A DNA stretch of 64,000 bases from an uncultured Actinomycetota bacterium (GCA_963730035.1 CAVSPN010000002.1:2625520-2689519), one strand, 5' to 3'; positions 1 through 11,181 are shown, counted from the first letter of the stretch. Notes: generated by a model from the letters alone, not told the origin. Numbers and translations: made by a program.

Positions 1-101
1 CGGCTCCCGTGACGGTCCGATGAGGTTCCGGTTCGGGTGGTCCGCGGCCCCCCGGGGTTAACCTGTGGGCCGCCACCGCCCCCTGTGAGGACCCTGTTTC
101 G

Positions 102-1361
102 ATGCGCCGTACCCTCTCCGCCCTCGGCCTCGTGCTGAGTCTCCTCCTTGTCCCGTCGACTACGCCCACAGTGAACGCGGCAGAGGTGGCGGAGCCGTTC
201 GCGCCGGACATCGGCGTGACGTTCAACGACCCGATGCGCTTCTCCTCGGCGCAGGCGATCCTTCGGCAGGTCCTCGAGTCGGTGCGCAACACCGAGGCGG
301 GCGAGCAGATCCGTGTCGCCACCTGGAACTTCGACGACGAGGCGTCGGTCGACGCGCTGGTGGCAGCGGCCGAGCGCGGCGTCAAGGTGCAGGTCGTCGT
401 CGCCGGTCAGGTGAGGAACCCCAACTGGCATGCGCTGCGCCAGGCGCTCAACCAGGACGCCAGCGTGGAGACGTTCGCCGTGCAGTGCAAGGGCGGCTGC
501 CGGAGCCACGCGAAGATCATGCACTCCAAGCTGTACATGTTCAGTCGCGTCGGCGAGACCCCGCACGTCACGATGTTCGGGTCGTCGAACCTCACCACCC
601 CGGCCCGCAACCGGCAGTGGAACGACCAGATCACGACGGGGTCGGCGAAGGTCTACGACTTCCTCGCGCGGATCTTCGACGAGTACACCCAGGACCGGGC
701 GGTCGCCGACCCCTCGGAGGTGGAGACCCTGGGGGACTACCGGATCTGGGTCTACCCCGTGGACGACCGGAACCCGCAGGCCAAGCAGCTGCGGAAGGTG
801 CGGTGCCACGGCGCCACCGGGGGCACCGGCACCCGGGACGGCCGCACGATGATCAAGGTCTCGGTCGCCGGCTGGTTCGACAGCTACGGCCAGCAGATCG
901 CCGACGAGCTGCGGCGGCTGTGGGACCGGGGCTGCGCCGTCAAGATCGTGACCACCCTCGCGGGGCGCGGCGTGAACCAGACGCTCAAGGCGCGGACCGG
1001 TCGGGGCCCGGTCCCGATCCGCCAGCTGGCGTGGGACGGCAACGGCGACGGCGTCCCCGACCGCTACCTGCACTCGAAGGCGATGGCGATCAGCGGCGTC
1101 TTCCGGGACGACACCTCCGCCTCGGTGGTGATGACCGGGTCGCCCAACTGGAGCTCGCGGGGCGCGCGTTCGGAGGAGCTGTGGGTCCGCATCCTCGAGC
1201 GGCCCGGGATGACCCGCCGCTACCTGCAGCGCGTCGACCGACTCTACGCGTCGCGGTTCAGCAGCCCGCGGCTCATGACGCCGGCGGACCTCGACCGGGC
1301 GCTCGCTCGCTACGCCCGGGTCTCGGGGCAGCAGTACCCGGAGTGGCTCGAGCTCGACTGA
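102..1361 (+). CDS. Secreted phospholipase D-family protein (two HKD motifs)
   Basis: ATG at 102. Signal peptide MRRTLSALGLVLSLLLVPSTTPTVNAAEV. Two HxK motifs (HSKLYMF...GSSNLT and HSKAMAI...GSPNWS). Confidence 0.85.
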   Translation: MRRTLSALGLVLSLLLVPSTTPTVNAAEVAEPFAPDIGVTFNDPMRFSSAQAILRQVLESVRNTEAGEQIRVATWNFDDEASVDALVAAAERGVKVQVVVAGQVRNPNWHALRQALNQDASVETFAVQCKGGCRSHAKIMHSKLYMFSRVGETPHVTMFGSSNLTTPARNRQWNDQITTGSAKVYDFLARIFDEYTQDRAVADPSEVETLGDYRIWVYPVDDRNPQAKQLRKVRCHGATGGTGTRDGRTMIKVSVAGWFDSYGQQIADELRRLWDRGCAVKIVTTLAGRGVNQTLKARTGRGPVPIRQLAWDGNGDGVPDRYLHSKAMAISGVFRDDTSASVVMTGSPNWSSRGARSEELWVRILERPGMTRRYLQRVDRLYASRFSSPRLMTPADLDRALARYARVSGQQYPEWLELD

Positions 1362-1384
1362 GCCTGCCCGGTGCGGGGAGCCGG

Positions 1385-1404
1385 CCGCGAGTGCTCACTC
1401 GCGG
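1385..1404. terminator. Candidate bidirectional hairpin between convergent genes
   Basis: CCGCGAGTG-CT-CACTCGCGG inverted repeat between the PLD stop (1361) and the convergent DUF2304 stop (1395). No T-tract. Confidence 0.3.
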
Positions 1405-1772
1405 TCGGTCGCAGGCCCGGCCGACGCCTCGTGCCGGTGGCGGGCCAGCTCGAGGCGGAGCAGCGCGAGCTCCTCGGCCAGCGTCCGGGTCTTCTCCTCC
1501 AGGCGGCCCAGCTCGTAGCTGTGCTGCAGGGTCAGCACGAGCAGCACCAGGCTGCCGACGAAGAAGAGGAGGTTGACCGGGACCTGGACGCCGAGGAGCG
1601 CCGCGGTGCCGGTGAGGAGCCCCGGGAACACCGCTAGGGCGAGGACGCCCGCGGCGACGAAGAACCAGATGACGGCGTACTTCTCCCGGAGCCGGTGGCG
1701 CCGCATCATCTCGACGATCGCGACGAGCACCACGACCGAGCCGATGAGGCCCAGCACGACGTTCGCGCTCAC
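1395..1772 (-). CDS. DUF2304-like small membrane protein
   Basis: GTG at 1772 gives 125 aa with hydrophobic segments (VLGLIGSVVVLVAIV, AVIWFFVAAGVLALAVFPGLL, NLLFFVGSLVLLVL) and a coiled C-tail. It sits downstream of a GT2 gene, the usual DUF2304 context. The ORF-track start at 2366 is an antisense-overlap artefact. Confidence 0.7.
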   Translation of the reverse strand: MSANVVLGLIGSVVVLVAIVEMMRRHRLREKYAVIWFFVAAGVLALAVFPGLLTGTAALLGVQVPVNLLFFVGSLVLLVLTLQHSYELGRLEEKTRTLAEELALLRLELARHRHEASAGPATDRE

Positions 1773-1821
1773 GCGGGGTCCTCGCGGCGGTGTGAGCGCA
1801 GCGAGCAGCGTCGTGGGGTGC

Positions 1822-2589
1822 TCATGCAGGGCCCTCCAGTGCCGGCTGCGGCGGGGTCTCGGGCCAGTCGCGCACGAGCGCGAGGACCAGCGCGACGACC
1901 GCCCGGCACAGGTACAGCGCCGCGCGGAAGGGGGTCTGGCTCGCGCGCCCGCCCTGCCGGACCCGCATCTGCACGGGGTGCTGGGCGATCCTGCAACCCG
2001 CGCGCAACGCGATGACCGTCGACTCGACGGTGTCGCCGAGGTACTCCGCGGGGTAGTGCGCGGCGAAGAGCCGGGCGGTGCGCTTGTTGACGACGCGGAA
2101 GCCGCTGGTGACGTCGGTGAGGCGGGTCCGGGCCATCCGCGACAACGTCCTCGCCAGCACCAGCATCGCCAGCCGGCGGATCCGCGAGACCTCGTAGCGC
2201 GTCGCCTCGTCGGCGAAGCGGACGCCGATGACGAGGTCGGCCTCCTCGAGACGCGCGACGAGCGCTGGAAGGTAGCGCGGGTCGTGCTGGCCGTCGGCGT
2301 CGATCTGCACCACGACGTCGTAGTCGTGGCGGACGGCGTACCGGTAACCGGCGCGCATCGCGCCACCGACGCCCAGGTTGTAGGGCAGCCGGCAGACCGG
2401 GACCCCGGCCCCTTCCGCGATCAGCGCGGTCGCGTCCGCGGAGCCGTCGTCGACCACGAGCAGGTCCACGGTGGGGTTGGTGGCGCGGACCTCGGCCAGC
2501 GCCGCGGCGATCGAGTCCTGCTCGTTGAACGCCGGCATGACGACGAGCACCCGCCGACCCGGGTCGAGCGGCTCGCCACCGGAACGCAC
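1822..2589 (-). CDS. Family 2 glycosyltransferase (polyprenol-phosphate sugar transferase-like)
   Basis: VLVVMPAFNEQDSI...VVDDGSADAT...QIDADGQHDP motifs typical of GT2/DPM1-like enzymes. GTG start at 2589. Confidence 0.85.
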   Translation of the reverse strand: MRSGGEPLDPGRRVLVVMPAFNEQDSIAAALAEVRATNPTVDLLVVDDGSADATALIAEGAGVPVCRLPYNLGVGGAMRAGYRYAVRHDYDVVVQIDADGQHDPRYLPALVARLEEADLVIGVRFADEATRYEVSRIRRLAMLVLARTLSRMARTRLTDVTSGFRVVNKRTARLFAAHYPAEYLGDTVESTVIALRAGCRIAQHPVQMRVRQGGRASQTPFRAALYLCRAVVALVLALVRDWPETPPQPALEGPA

Positions 2590-2632
2590 CAGCGCAGTGT
2601 AGGCGTCGCCGGGCGCCGAGCCGGGGACCTCG

Positions 2633-3318
2633 TCAGCCCCAGCGCCACGAGTCGAGGACGGCAGCGATCTCCTGCTCGCGCTGCGCCGGGGGAGTGCCCT
2701 CGTCGTGGGAGAAGGTCACGACGTAGTAGGCGTCGTCGACGAACGCGATGTACTGCTCGGTCACCGCGGTGACCTCCCCGGCCTCGGTGCGGCCGGCGAG
2801 GTGGAGGGCGTCGACACCGCCGACCCTCGCGGGCGGCCGGACCCGCACCCGGGACGCGACGGTCCGCAGCTCGTCGGTGAACTGGCCCTCGGCCTGGGCC
2901 GGCGGGAGCTCCACCTGGTCGGCGTTGCGCAGCACGTTGACGTTGTCGCTGAACGGCTCACCGGCCTGACCGGCGTTGACCGCGCCGGCGTCGACCAGCT
3001 CGCTGTACTCCTTGAACTGCTCGGTGGCGTCCTGCCAGCCCGCCGGGAGCGCGAACGAGTATCCCTCGCCCGTCAGCCGGCCCTCCTCCGGTCCGTCGTG
3101 GCGGTGCTGTCGGTGCTGTCGGTGCTGTCGGTGGCACCGGACTCCGGCGACGTCCCGGCGGACGGCGAGGCGGTCGCGTCGCCGGATCCCGCGGCCGACC
3201 TCGCGTCCCCGGCGGGGGAGGCCTCACCCCCGCACGCCGTCAGGCCGAGGGCGGCGACCACGGCGACCGCGGCGGCTGCGGCGGTCGGGCGGACGGAGCG
3301 GACGGAGCGGACGGGCAC
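2633..3318 (-). pseudogene. Lipoprotein gene split by an apparent 1-nt frameshift
   Basis: GTG at 3318 opens a lipoprotein signal ([28 protein letters not shown]) that runs into TGA at 3073-3075. The mature domain ([20 protein letters not shown]...LDSWRWG*) continues in another frame to 2633. The frames join with an indel near 3089-3096. Confidence 0.6.
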
Positions 3319-3363
3319 GGAGCCGACCTTAGGGCGTCGGTGCCAGGCGCTACATTGCCGCCC

Positions 3364-5016
<1,653 letters not shown>

Positions 5017-5018
5017 GC

Positions 5019-5459
5019 ATGGCGACACGTGGGGTCGACGTCCGGCTGCGGATCGAGGGGCACCATCTCCCGGGCCGGCGCTGCGACCCCTACGACGACG
5101 TCCACGTCGCCCTCCAGGTCGGCCGGGACCCCGTGGACCCCGTGCCCGGCGACGCCGCGTCGGCTGCGTGGGAGACCGACCTCGCGGTGCTCGCGCCGTC
5201 CGGCGGCGAGGACCCCGACGTCCGAGGCCCAGCGGTGCAGGGCCGCCGCGGCGAGCGTTTCGTCTACCTCACGTGGGGCTCGACCGGCGCAGGAGGGTTC
5301 GAGATGTTCCGTCGCGCGAAGCTCATGCTCGGGGGTCTCCCCGGGCTGCTCGGGGAGCAGCCGCGCACGGTCACCGCGCGGGTCCACCTGACCGACGACC
5401 AGGGGATGCCGCGCTGCGCCCGGCTGAGCCCCCCGGCCGTCGAGTGGAGCACGTCGTGA
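5019..5459 (+). CDS. Conserved hypothetical protein (DUF5990-like)
   Basis: ATG at 5019, 2 nt after the pgm stop. 146 aa with high GC3. The family call is from memory of similar sequences. Confidence 0.55.
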   Translation: MATRGVDVRLRIEGHHLPGRRCDPYDDVHVALQVGRDPVDPVPGDAASAAWETDLAVLAPSGGEDPDVRGPAVQGRRGERFVYLTWGSTGAGGFEMFRRAKLMLGGLPGLLGEQPRTVTARVHLTDDQGMPRCARLSPPAVEWSTS

Positions 5460-6022
5460 CCGACCGACGTCCCGAGCTCTGGGTGGTGCGGCACGGGGAG
5501 ACCGAGTGGAGCCGCAACGGGAAGCACACCTCCACCACCGACCTCCCGCTCACCGAGCGGGGGGAGGAGGTCGCGACGTCGCTTCGCGAGCGGCTGGCCG
5601 GCGTCGACTTCGACCTGGTGCTGAGCAGCCCGCGGCAGCGGGCCCGGCGTACCGCCGAGCTGGCCGGGTTCACCGACGTCGTCGCCGACGAGGACCTCGC
5701 GGAGTGGGCGTACGGCGAGTACGAAGGCATCACGACCGACGTGATCCGGGAGACCGTGCCGGGATGGACGGTGTGGAGCCACCCGACGCCGGGAGGGGAG
5801 AGCCCGGAGGAGGTCGCGACGCGGCTCGACCGGGTGCTCGACCGGGTGCGCCGGCACGACCGCGTGCTCGTCTTCGGACACGGGCACGCGCTGCGGGCGC
5901 TGGTCGCCCGGTGGATCGGCCGACCCGTCACCGAGGGCCGGCTGTTCGCGCTGGACACCTCGACGCTGAGCATCCTCGGGTACGAGCGGGAGACACCCGT
6001 GGTGGTGCAGTGGAACGGCTGA
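5456..6022 (+). CDS. Histidine phosphatase family protein
   Basis: GTG at 5456 overlaps the upstream stop (GTGA). RHGETEWS catalytic motif and downstream GHGHALR. Confidence 0.85.
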   Translation: MTDRRPELWVVRHGETEWSRNGKHTSTTDLPLTERGEEVATSLRERLAGVDFDLVLSSPRQRARRTAELAGFTDVVADEDLAEWAYGEYEGITTDVIRETVPGWTVWSHPTPGGESPEEVATRLDRVLDRVRRHDRVLVFGHGHALRALVARWIGRPVTEGRLFALDTSTLSILGYERETPVVVQWNG

Positions 6023-6044
6023 CCCTTCGGACCCCTCGACGGCG

Positions 6045-6500
6045 TCAGCGCAGGCAGCCCCAGTCCCGGAGCGCCTCGAGGAGCCCCTCGACGCAGGGCA
6101 GGTCGTCGAGGTCCTCGACCGGGACCCACGCGGCCGCGAGCGCGTCGTCGCCTGGCTCGAGAGCAGCGGGGTCAGTGCCGGGCGCGGTCTGCGCGACGTA
6201 GTCCTCGATGACGTAGACCCCACCACCCGGTGCGGCGCGCTCCACCACCCCGGCGAGGCGGGAGACGACGACGGTCAGCCGGGTCTCCTCCGCGACCTCC
6301 CGGACGACCGCCTCGTGCGCGCTCTCGCCGGGCTCGACCCGCCCACCGGGGACCGACCACAGCCCGCGACCGGGCTCGTTGGCCCGCTGCACCACCAGCA
6401 GCCGGCCCTCTGCGTCCCGCACCACCGCGCCGACGCACGGGATGCGGGCGTCTTCGTCGGACTCACCGGACGCTCGGTCCGAGGCCGTCGCGTCGCTCAC
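6045..6500 (-). CDS. NUDIX hydrolase
   Basis: Nudix box GGRVEPGESAHEAVVREVAEETRL. GTG start at 6500. The rest of the 685-aa track ORF is antisense shadow. Confidence 0.85.
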   Translation of the reverse strand: MSDATASDRASGESDEDARIPCVGAVVRDAEGRLLVVQRANEPGRGLWSVPGGRVEPGESAHEAVVREVAEETRLTVVVSRLAGVVERAAPGGGVYVIEDYVAQTAPGTDPAALEPGDDALAAAWVPVEDLDDLPCVEGLLEALRDWGCLR

Positions 6501-6575
6501 CGTCCTGACGGTACGGCGGCAGGAGAGGGCGCGCCCGCACGTCGGAGTTGACGGGCGGCGGGCCGTACCCCGACC

Positions 6576-7244
6576 GTGTCCCCCATGGCTCTGGAGGCGG
6601 AGTGCCCGCGGTGCCCGGCAGTGCTGATCGGCTCGGGCTCGGAGTGGACGTGCCCGCTGCACGGCGCCACGACCCCGCTCTGGCGCTCCGCGCGGTCGGA
6701 GTACGACGACCTCGTCGCCCACCTCCAGCTCGCGCGTCCGCTCCCGACGTGGCTGCCGTGGCCGGTGCCGCCCGGGTGGCACCTGACCGACTTCGGCTGC
6801 GTCGCGACCCCGGAGATCGAGGCGACGGCCGTGTACGCGACGTGCAGCGGACCGAGTGAGCCCGACGGCGTCGTCGAGGTCACCGTGGTCAGCGAGGAGC
6901 CAGGAGTCGGCCTGGGCGCGCGGGTGGCCCAGGTCACCCACACCGACCCCGGCCGGGAAGCGGTCGTCGGCGCCCCCGCGGCGCGGATCCGTGTCGACGA
7001 GGCTGCCGTCCGGCTGTGGCCGGTCCCGACGACGGTCACCGAGCTCGCCGGACCGGCCGCCGAGGAGTCGGTCCTCGACCGGTCCGTGCTCGTCGGCGAG
7101 GCGGCAGGTCGGTGGCTCTGGCTGGTGCTGCGCCCCGCTCCGGCTGCGCTGCTGCTGCACCCCAAGTGGCTGTTGCACGACGTCTCGGGCATGGGACCCG
7201 CCCTGGTGAGCCTGCCCTTCGGGCAGGCGCCTCGCGCCTGGTGA
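6576..7244 (+). CDS. Conserved actinobacterial hypothetical protein (DUF6758-like, N-terminal CxxC...C.H zinc-ribbon-like)
   Basis: ECPRCPAVLIGSGSEWTCPLHG N-terminus. 222-aa ORF with coding-like GC3. ATG at 6585 is an alternative start. Confidence 0.6.
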   Translation: MSPMALEAECPRCPAVLIGSGSEWTCPLHGATTPLWRSARSEYDDLVAHLQLARPLPTWLPWPVPPGWHLTDFGCVATPEIEATAVYATCSGPSEPDGVVEVTVVSEEPGVGLGARVAQVTHTDPGREAVVGAPAARIRVDEAAVRLWPVPTTVTELAGPAAEESVLDRSVLVGEAAGRWLWLVLRPAPAALLLHPKWLLHDVSGMGPALVSLPFGQAPRAW

Positions 7245-7278
7245 GCCGCCCCTCGGACGGGACCCGCCTCGGGGCCAC

Positions 7279-7322
7279 GTCGGCGTACCGCGTCGGCATA
7301 CCGCGTCGGCAATCCGCGTCGC
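7279..7322. repeat. 13-bp tandem repeat x3.4 just upstream of the PHP gene
   Basis: GTCGGCGTACCGC / GTCGGCATACCGC / GTCGGCAATCCGC / GTCGC. It ends 12 nt before the GTG at 7335. Confidence 0.8.
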
Positions 7323-7334
7323 TAGCCTGAGCCG

Positions 7335-8213
7335 GTGCGCATCGACCTCCACACCCACTCCGACCGCTCGGACGGCACGCTGCCGCCGCGCGGGGTGGTG
7401 GTCGCCGCTGCGGCAGCCGGGCTGGACGTCCTGGCCCTGACCGACCACGACACCGCGGTCGGGTGGGACGAGGCAGCGGCGGCTGCCGAGGACGCCGGGG
7501 TGGTGTTCGTCCCCGGGATGGAGATCAGCTGCACCCACGCGGGGCGCGGGCTGCACCTGCTCGCCTACCTCCTCGACCCGGGCTTCCCCCCGCTCGTCGA
7601 GGTGCTCGGTCGGGTGCTGCGCGGGCGCGACGAGCGGATGCCGCGGGTCTGCGCGGCCCTGCGAGCGGTCGGGATCCCGATCCAGGACGAGGACGTGCGC
7701 GCCCTCGCCGGCGAGGCCACCGCGATCGGCCGCCCGCACATCGCCGACCAGCTGGTCCGGATGGCCGTCGTGGCCGACCGGGGCGAGGCGTTCGACCGGC
7801 TGCTGTCGCCGGGGCGGCCGGGCTGGGTGCCGCGGTACGAGGCGCCGGTCGAGGAGGTGCTTCCGCTCGTGACGGCCGCGGGTGGGGTCTCGGTCGTCGC
7901 CCATCCCTGGGGGCGGCACGGCAACAGCGCGCTCGGCGCGGCGGGGCTCGGCTCGCTGCGCGACCAGGGTCTCTGCGGTGTGGAGGCCGACCACGAGGAC
8001 CACACGCCCGCCCAGCGCAAGGAGCTCCGCCGGCTGGCGCGGGAGCTCGACCTGGTCGTCACCGGGTCGAGCGACTTCCACGGCGCCGGCAAGACCGGTC
8101 ACGACCTCGGCTGCAACCTCACCGAGCCCGACCAGCTCGAGCGGCTCCTGGAGCGGGCGGGCTCCGCGGTCCGACCGGTCGACCCCGCGACCCCCACCGT
8201 CGTGCTGCGGTGA
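7335..8213 (+). CDS. PHP domain phosphoesterase (TrpH/YciV-like)
   Basis: MRIDLHTHSDRSDG N-terminal PHP metal motif. Further His/Asp motifs (ALTDHD, AHP, SDFHG). Confidence 0.85.
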   Translation: MRIDLHTHSDRSDGTLPPRGVVVAAAAAGLDVLALTDHDTAVGWDEAAAAAEDAGVVFVPGMEISCTHAGRGLHLLAYLLDPGFPPLVEVLGRVLRGRDERMPRVCAALRAVGIPIQDEDVRALAGEATAIGRPHIADQLVRMAVVADRGEAFDRLLSPGRPGWVPRYEAPVEEVLPLVTAAGGVSVVAHPWGRHGNSALGAAGLGSLRDQGLCGVEADHEDHTPAQRKELRRLARELDLVVTGSSDFHGAGKTGHDLGCNLTEPDQLERLLERAGSAVRPVDPATPTVVLR

Positions 8214-8827
8214 GCGAGCTCCTCACGCTCGGCCTCATGACCGAGGTCTTCGTGACCCTTTTCGTCATCATGGACCCGGTCGGGACGATCCCGATCTTCC
8301 TCTCGCTCACCCGGGGGCGGTCGGCCGCGAGCCTGCGCAAGGCTGCCTGGCAGGCGGTGCTCGTCTCGTTCGGGGTCATCACGGCCTTCGCCTTCTTCGG
8401 TCAACAGGTCCTGCACTACCTCGACATCTCGCTCGCGGCCCTCAAGGGCGCCGGCGGGCTCCTGCTGCTGCTGGTCGCCCTCGAGCTGCTCACTGGGAAG
8501 GAGCAAGCACCGACGGCGAACGCTGACGTCAACGTGTCGCTGGTCCCGCTGGGGACGCCGCTGCTCGCCGGTCCGGGCGCCATCGTCGCGACGATGGTGT
8601 TCTCCCGCCGGGTCGACTCGGGACCGGACTTCGCTGCGGTGGCGCTGGGGGTGATCCTCGTCCACGTCGCCCTGTGGCTCGCGATGCGCTTCTCGCTCCC
8701 GATCCTGCGACTGCTCCGGGAGGGCGGGGTGGTGCTCGTGACCCGGATCGCCGGGTTGCTGCTCTCCGCGATCGCCGTCCAGCTCGTGGCGGACTCGGTG
8801 CGCTCCTTCGCCACCGGTGCGGGCTGA
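8210..8827 (+). CDS. MarC family membrane protein
   Basis: GTGA overlap with the PHP stop. FVIMDPVGTIPIFL motif and multiple TM segments. Confidence 0.85.
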   Translation: MSELLTLGLMTEVFVTLFVIMDPVGTIPIFLSLTRGRSAASLRKAAWQAVLVSFGVITAFAFFGQQVLHYLDISLAALKGAGGLLLLLVALELLTGKEQAPTANADVNVSLVPLGTPLLAGPGAIVATMVFSRRVDSGPDFAAVALGVILVHVALWLAMRFSLPILRLLREGGVVLVTRIAGLLLSAIAVQLVADSVRSFATGAG

Positions 8828-8889
8828 CGCCACGACTCTGACGCCCAGCGCCGGCGACCACGTCGATCTGGCACACGTTCACAGGTCTG

Positions 8890-10239
8890 TCACGTCCTCT
8901 GGATGCGGTAGCGGCCGCCGGGTTGGGGGGTGAGGGTGCGGCCGGGGAGGTGGGTGAGGGTGTGGTGGCGGCGGCAGAGCAGGACGAGGTCGGTGAGGTC
9001 GGTGCGGCCGCCGTCGGTCCAGCGTCGTCGCCAGTGGTGGGCGTCGGCCCAGGTGGTGGGCCGGTCGCAGTGCTCGATGCCGCAGGTCCCGGCTTGTTGG
9101 ACGGTGAGGGCGAGGCGTTGGCCGGGGGTGGCGGTGCGGGCGCGGCGGCCGAGGTCGAGGACTCGGCTGTCGCCGTCGAGGACGGCGGGGATGATCCCGG
9201 CGGTGCAGGCGAGCGTGCGGGAGGCGCTCGGGGAGAGCTGGTGGGCGCTGCCGAGCAGGTCCGCGGCCGCCAGCCCGCCTTCTATGGTGGCGAGCGGGAC
9301 GGTGACCACGACGGTGGCGGCGACGCCGCCGGTGGTGGGGAGGTTGTCGGTAGGGAACCGTTGCACGTACTCGACGAACGCGTCGCCCAGCACCGCCGGC
9401 GTCGCCCGCCTGCCACCCCCAGCGCTAGGACCAGCGCCGTCGCTGTCGGCGCTGCGGTCGCTAGCGGTGCGGGGGATGGGGTCGGGTCGGGCGGGGTTGG
9501 CGATCGCCTGGAGCGCGGCCCGCAGCATCCGGCCGGTGAGGGTCGGGATGCGGAACCGGCCGTGGGTGGTGCCGTGTCCGTCGTCGACCAGGGACAGGGA
9601 GGTGGCGCGGGCGGCGGCGGCTTCCTCGGCCTCCAGGCGGCGGGCGAGGTCGGCGTCGGCGGCGTCGGGGTCGAGGACCTCCAGCACCCGCCGCCCCAGC
9701 ACCTTCAACGCGGCGGCGTCGTGAGTGGCAGCGAGGTCGACCAGGTGGGTCTCGGCGCAGCGCCGCTCCTCGGGAGTGACGGAGGCGGGGAGCGCGTCGA
9801 CCGCGGCGAGGATCACCGGTGCCTGCTCGGGCAGCAGCCGCCCGGCGGCGAGCGCCACCGCGGTCGGGGCGTGTGCCTCTCGGGTCAGCGCCTTGGCCTG
9901 GGCGACGTCGCGCGCGGCGCCGGGGCCGGTGACCGGGGTCAGGGTCCGCAGCCACGCCGCGGTCGAGGTCGCGTCGACGGTCGCGGCGACGTCGAGGATG
10001 TCGGCGTGGGCCAGCACCGCCAGCTGCAGCGCCCGCAGCTGCGACAGCGCCTTGGTCAGCTCGACCGTGGTCTCGACGGTCTCCGCGACCCCCAGCGACA
10101 GCATCGAGGCGCCGGCCAGCTCCTCCAGTGCGGCGGTCAACCGGCCCGCGAACACGTGCACCGGGTGGCGCCGGTCCTCCACCGAGGTCCGACCCACCAG
10201 CACCGGGTCGCGGGTGCCGTCGTCCGCCATACCGAGCAC
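8890..10239 (-). CDS. DUF222 / HNH endonuclease domain protein (13E12-repeat-like)
   Basis: The long helical N-domain is typical of DUF222. C-terminal HNH region is CGIEHCDRP...HH...LLCRRHH. Confidence 0.8.
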   Translation of the reverse strand: MLGMADDGTRDPVLVGRTSVEDRRHPVHVFAGRLTAALEELAGASMLSLGVAETVETTVELTKALSQLRALQLAVLAHADILDVAATVDATSTAAWLRTLTPVTGPGAARDVAQAKALTREAHAPTAVALAAGRLLPEQAPVILAAVDALPASVTPEERRCAETHLVDLAATHDAAALKVLGRRVLEVLDPDAADADLARRLEAEEAAAARATSLSLVDDGHGTTHGRFRIPTLTGRMLRAALQAIANPARPDPIPRTASDRSADSDGAGPSAGGGRRATPAVLGDAFVEYVQRFPTDNLPTTGGVAATVVVTVPLATIEGGLAAADLLGSAHQLSPSASRTLACTAGIIPAVLDGDSRVLDLGRRARTATPGQRLALTVQQAGTCGIEHCDRPTTWADAHHWRRRWTDGGRTDLTDLVLLCRRHHTLTHLPGRTLTPQPGGRYRIQRT

Positions 10240-10305
10240 TCAACCAGCCGGCACCGACACTCCCGGAGCCTCGCACGAGGCTGTGGAAACCCCCCGGGCC
10301 GTCAT

Positions 10306-10342
10306 GAGGGGCGGCTCGACCCGTCACCGCGGGCGGCTCGGC
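10306..10342 (-). repeat. GC-rich intergenic repeat family, two direct units
   Basis: The minus strand reads GCCGAGCCGCCCGCGGTGACGGGTCGAGCCGCCCCTC. The same TCGAGCCGCCC...GTGAC unit occurs at 28207 and 61988. Confidence 0.6.
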
Positions 10343-10363
10343 AGCGGGGGTAGGGGTGGGGGG

Positions 10364-11128
10364 TCAGCGGCGGCCGAGCTGCTGGAACCGCGCCTGGAGG
10401 CGCGCGGGGGTGAGCCGGGCCGCCGCTGCGAGGACCTTGTACCGCGCGTCGGGCACCGACACCGACCGGCCGCGGTCGAAGTCGCGCAGCGCCTCGGAGA
10501 CGACTGCATCGGTGTCCAGCCACAACCAGGAGGGCACGGCGTCGCGACCGACGTCCATCCGCTGGTGGAACTCGGTGCGGACGAACCCCGGGCAGAGCGC
10601 CATCGCGCGGACTCCCTGGTCGCGGTAGGTCAGGTCGGCCCACACCGACAGCTGGGTGACGTAGGCCTTGGCAGCCGAGTAGCTCCCTCGCGGCAACCAG
10701 CCGGCGACGCTCGAGACGTTGATGATCCCGCCGCTGCCCCGGGCGACCATCGCCCCCAGGGCCGCGTGGCTCAACCGGAGCACAGCCGTCACGAGGACGT
10801 CGAGCATCGCCTGCTCCTCCTCGACGTCGTTGTCGAGGAACCTCCGCTTCAATCCGAACCCGGCGTTGTTGACCAGCAGGTCGACCGGCCGGGCGGGGTC
10901 GGACACCCGCTCCTCGACCGGCCGCAGCTGGGCGCGGTCGGACAGGTCGGCGGCGAGCACCTCGACGGCGCCGCCGTGGCGGGTGCGCAGGTCGGCGGCG
11001 ACGCGCTCGAGTCTCGACCGGTCCCGCGCCACCAGCACCAGGTCGTGCCCCCGGGCGGCGAGCGCCTCGGCGAACCCGAGTCCCAGACCGGCCGTCGCGC
11101 CGGTGACGAGCGCCAGGGGTCGCGACAT
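10364..11128 (-). CDS. SDR family oxidoreductase
   Basis: MSRPLALVTGATAGLG Rossmann motif, NNAG, and YSAAK catalytic motif. ATG at 11128 is preferred over the track start at 11155. Confidence 0.85.
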   Translation of the reverse strand: MSRPLALVTGATAGLGLGFAEALAARGHDLVLVARDRSRLERVAADLRTRHGGAVEVLAADLSDRAQLRPVEERVSDPARPVDLLVNNAGFGLKRRFLDNDVEEEQAMLDVLVTAVLRLSHAALGAMVARGSGGIINVSSVAGWLPRGSYSAAKAYVTQLSVWADLTYRDQGVRAMALCPGFVRTEFHQRMDVGRDAVPSWLWLDTDAVVSEALRDFDRGRSVSVPDARYKVLAAAARLTPARLQARFQQLGRR

Positions 11129-11181
11129 GCGGCCCACCTTCCCACGCCCGCTCACGCCACGAGGAGCCGTCCTGGGGCAGG

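Noticed and set aside
102-1361. PLD-family protein as a Nuc/defence nuclease.
   Set aside because: A clear Sec signal peptide and the lack of partner genes point to an exported phospholipase or phosphodiesterase.
8890-10239. The DUF222-HNH genes (also 30476..32086) as remnants of a prophage or a toxin system.
   Set aside because: No phage structural, integrase or immunity genes are adjacent. This family (13E12-like) is commonly scattered as solitary genes in actinobacterial chromosomes. The two copies belong to different subtypes and share no obvious nucleotide identity.
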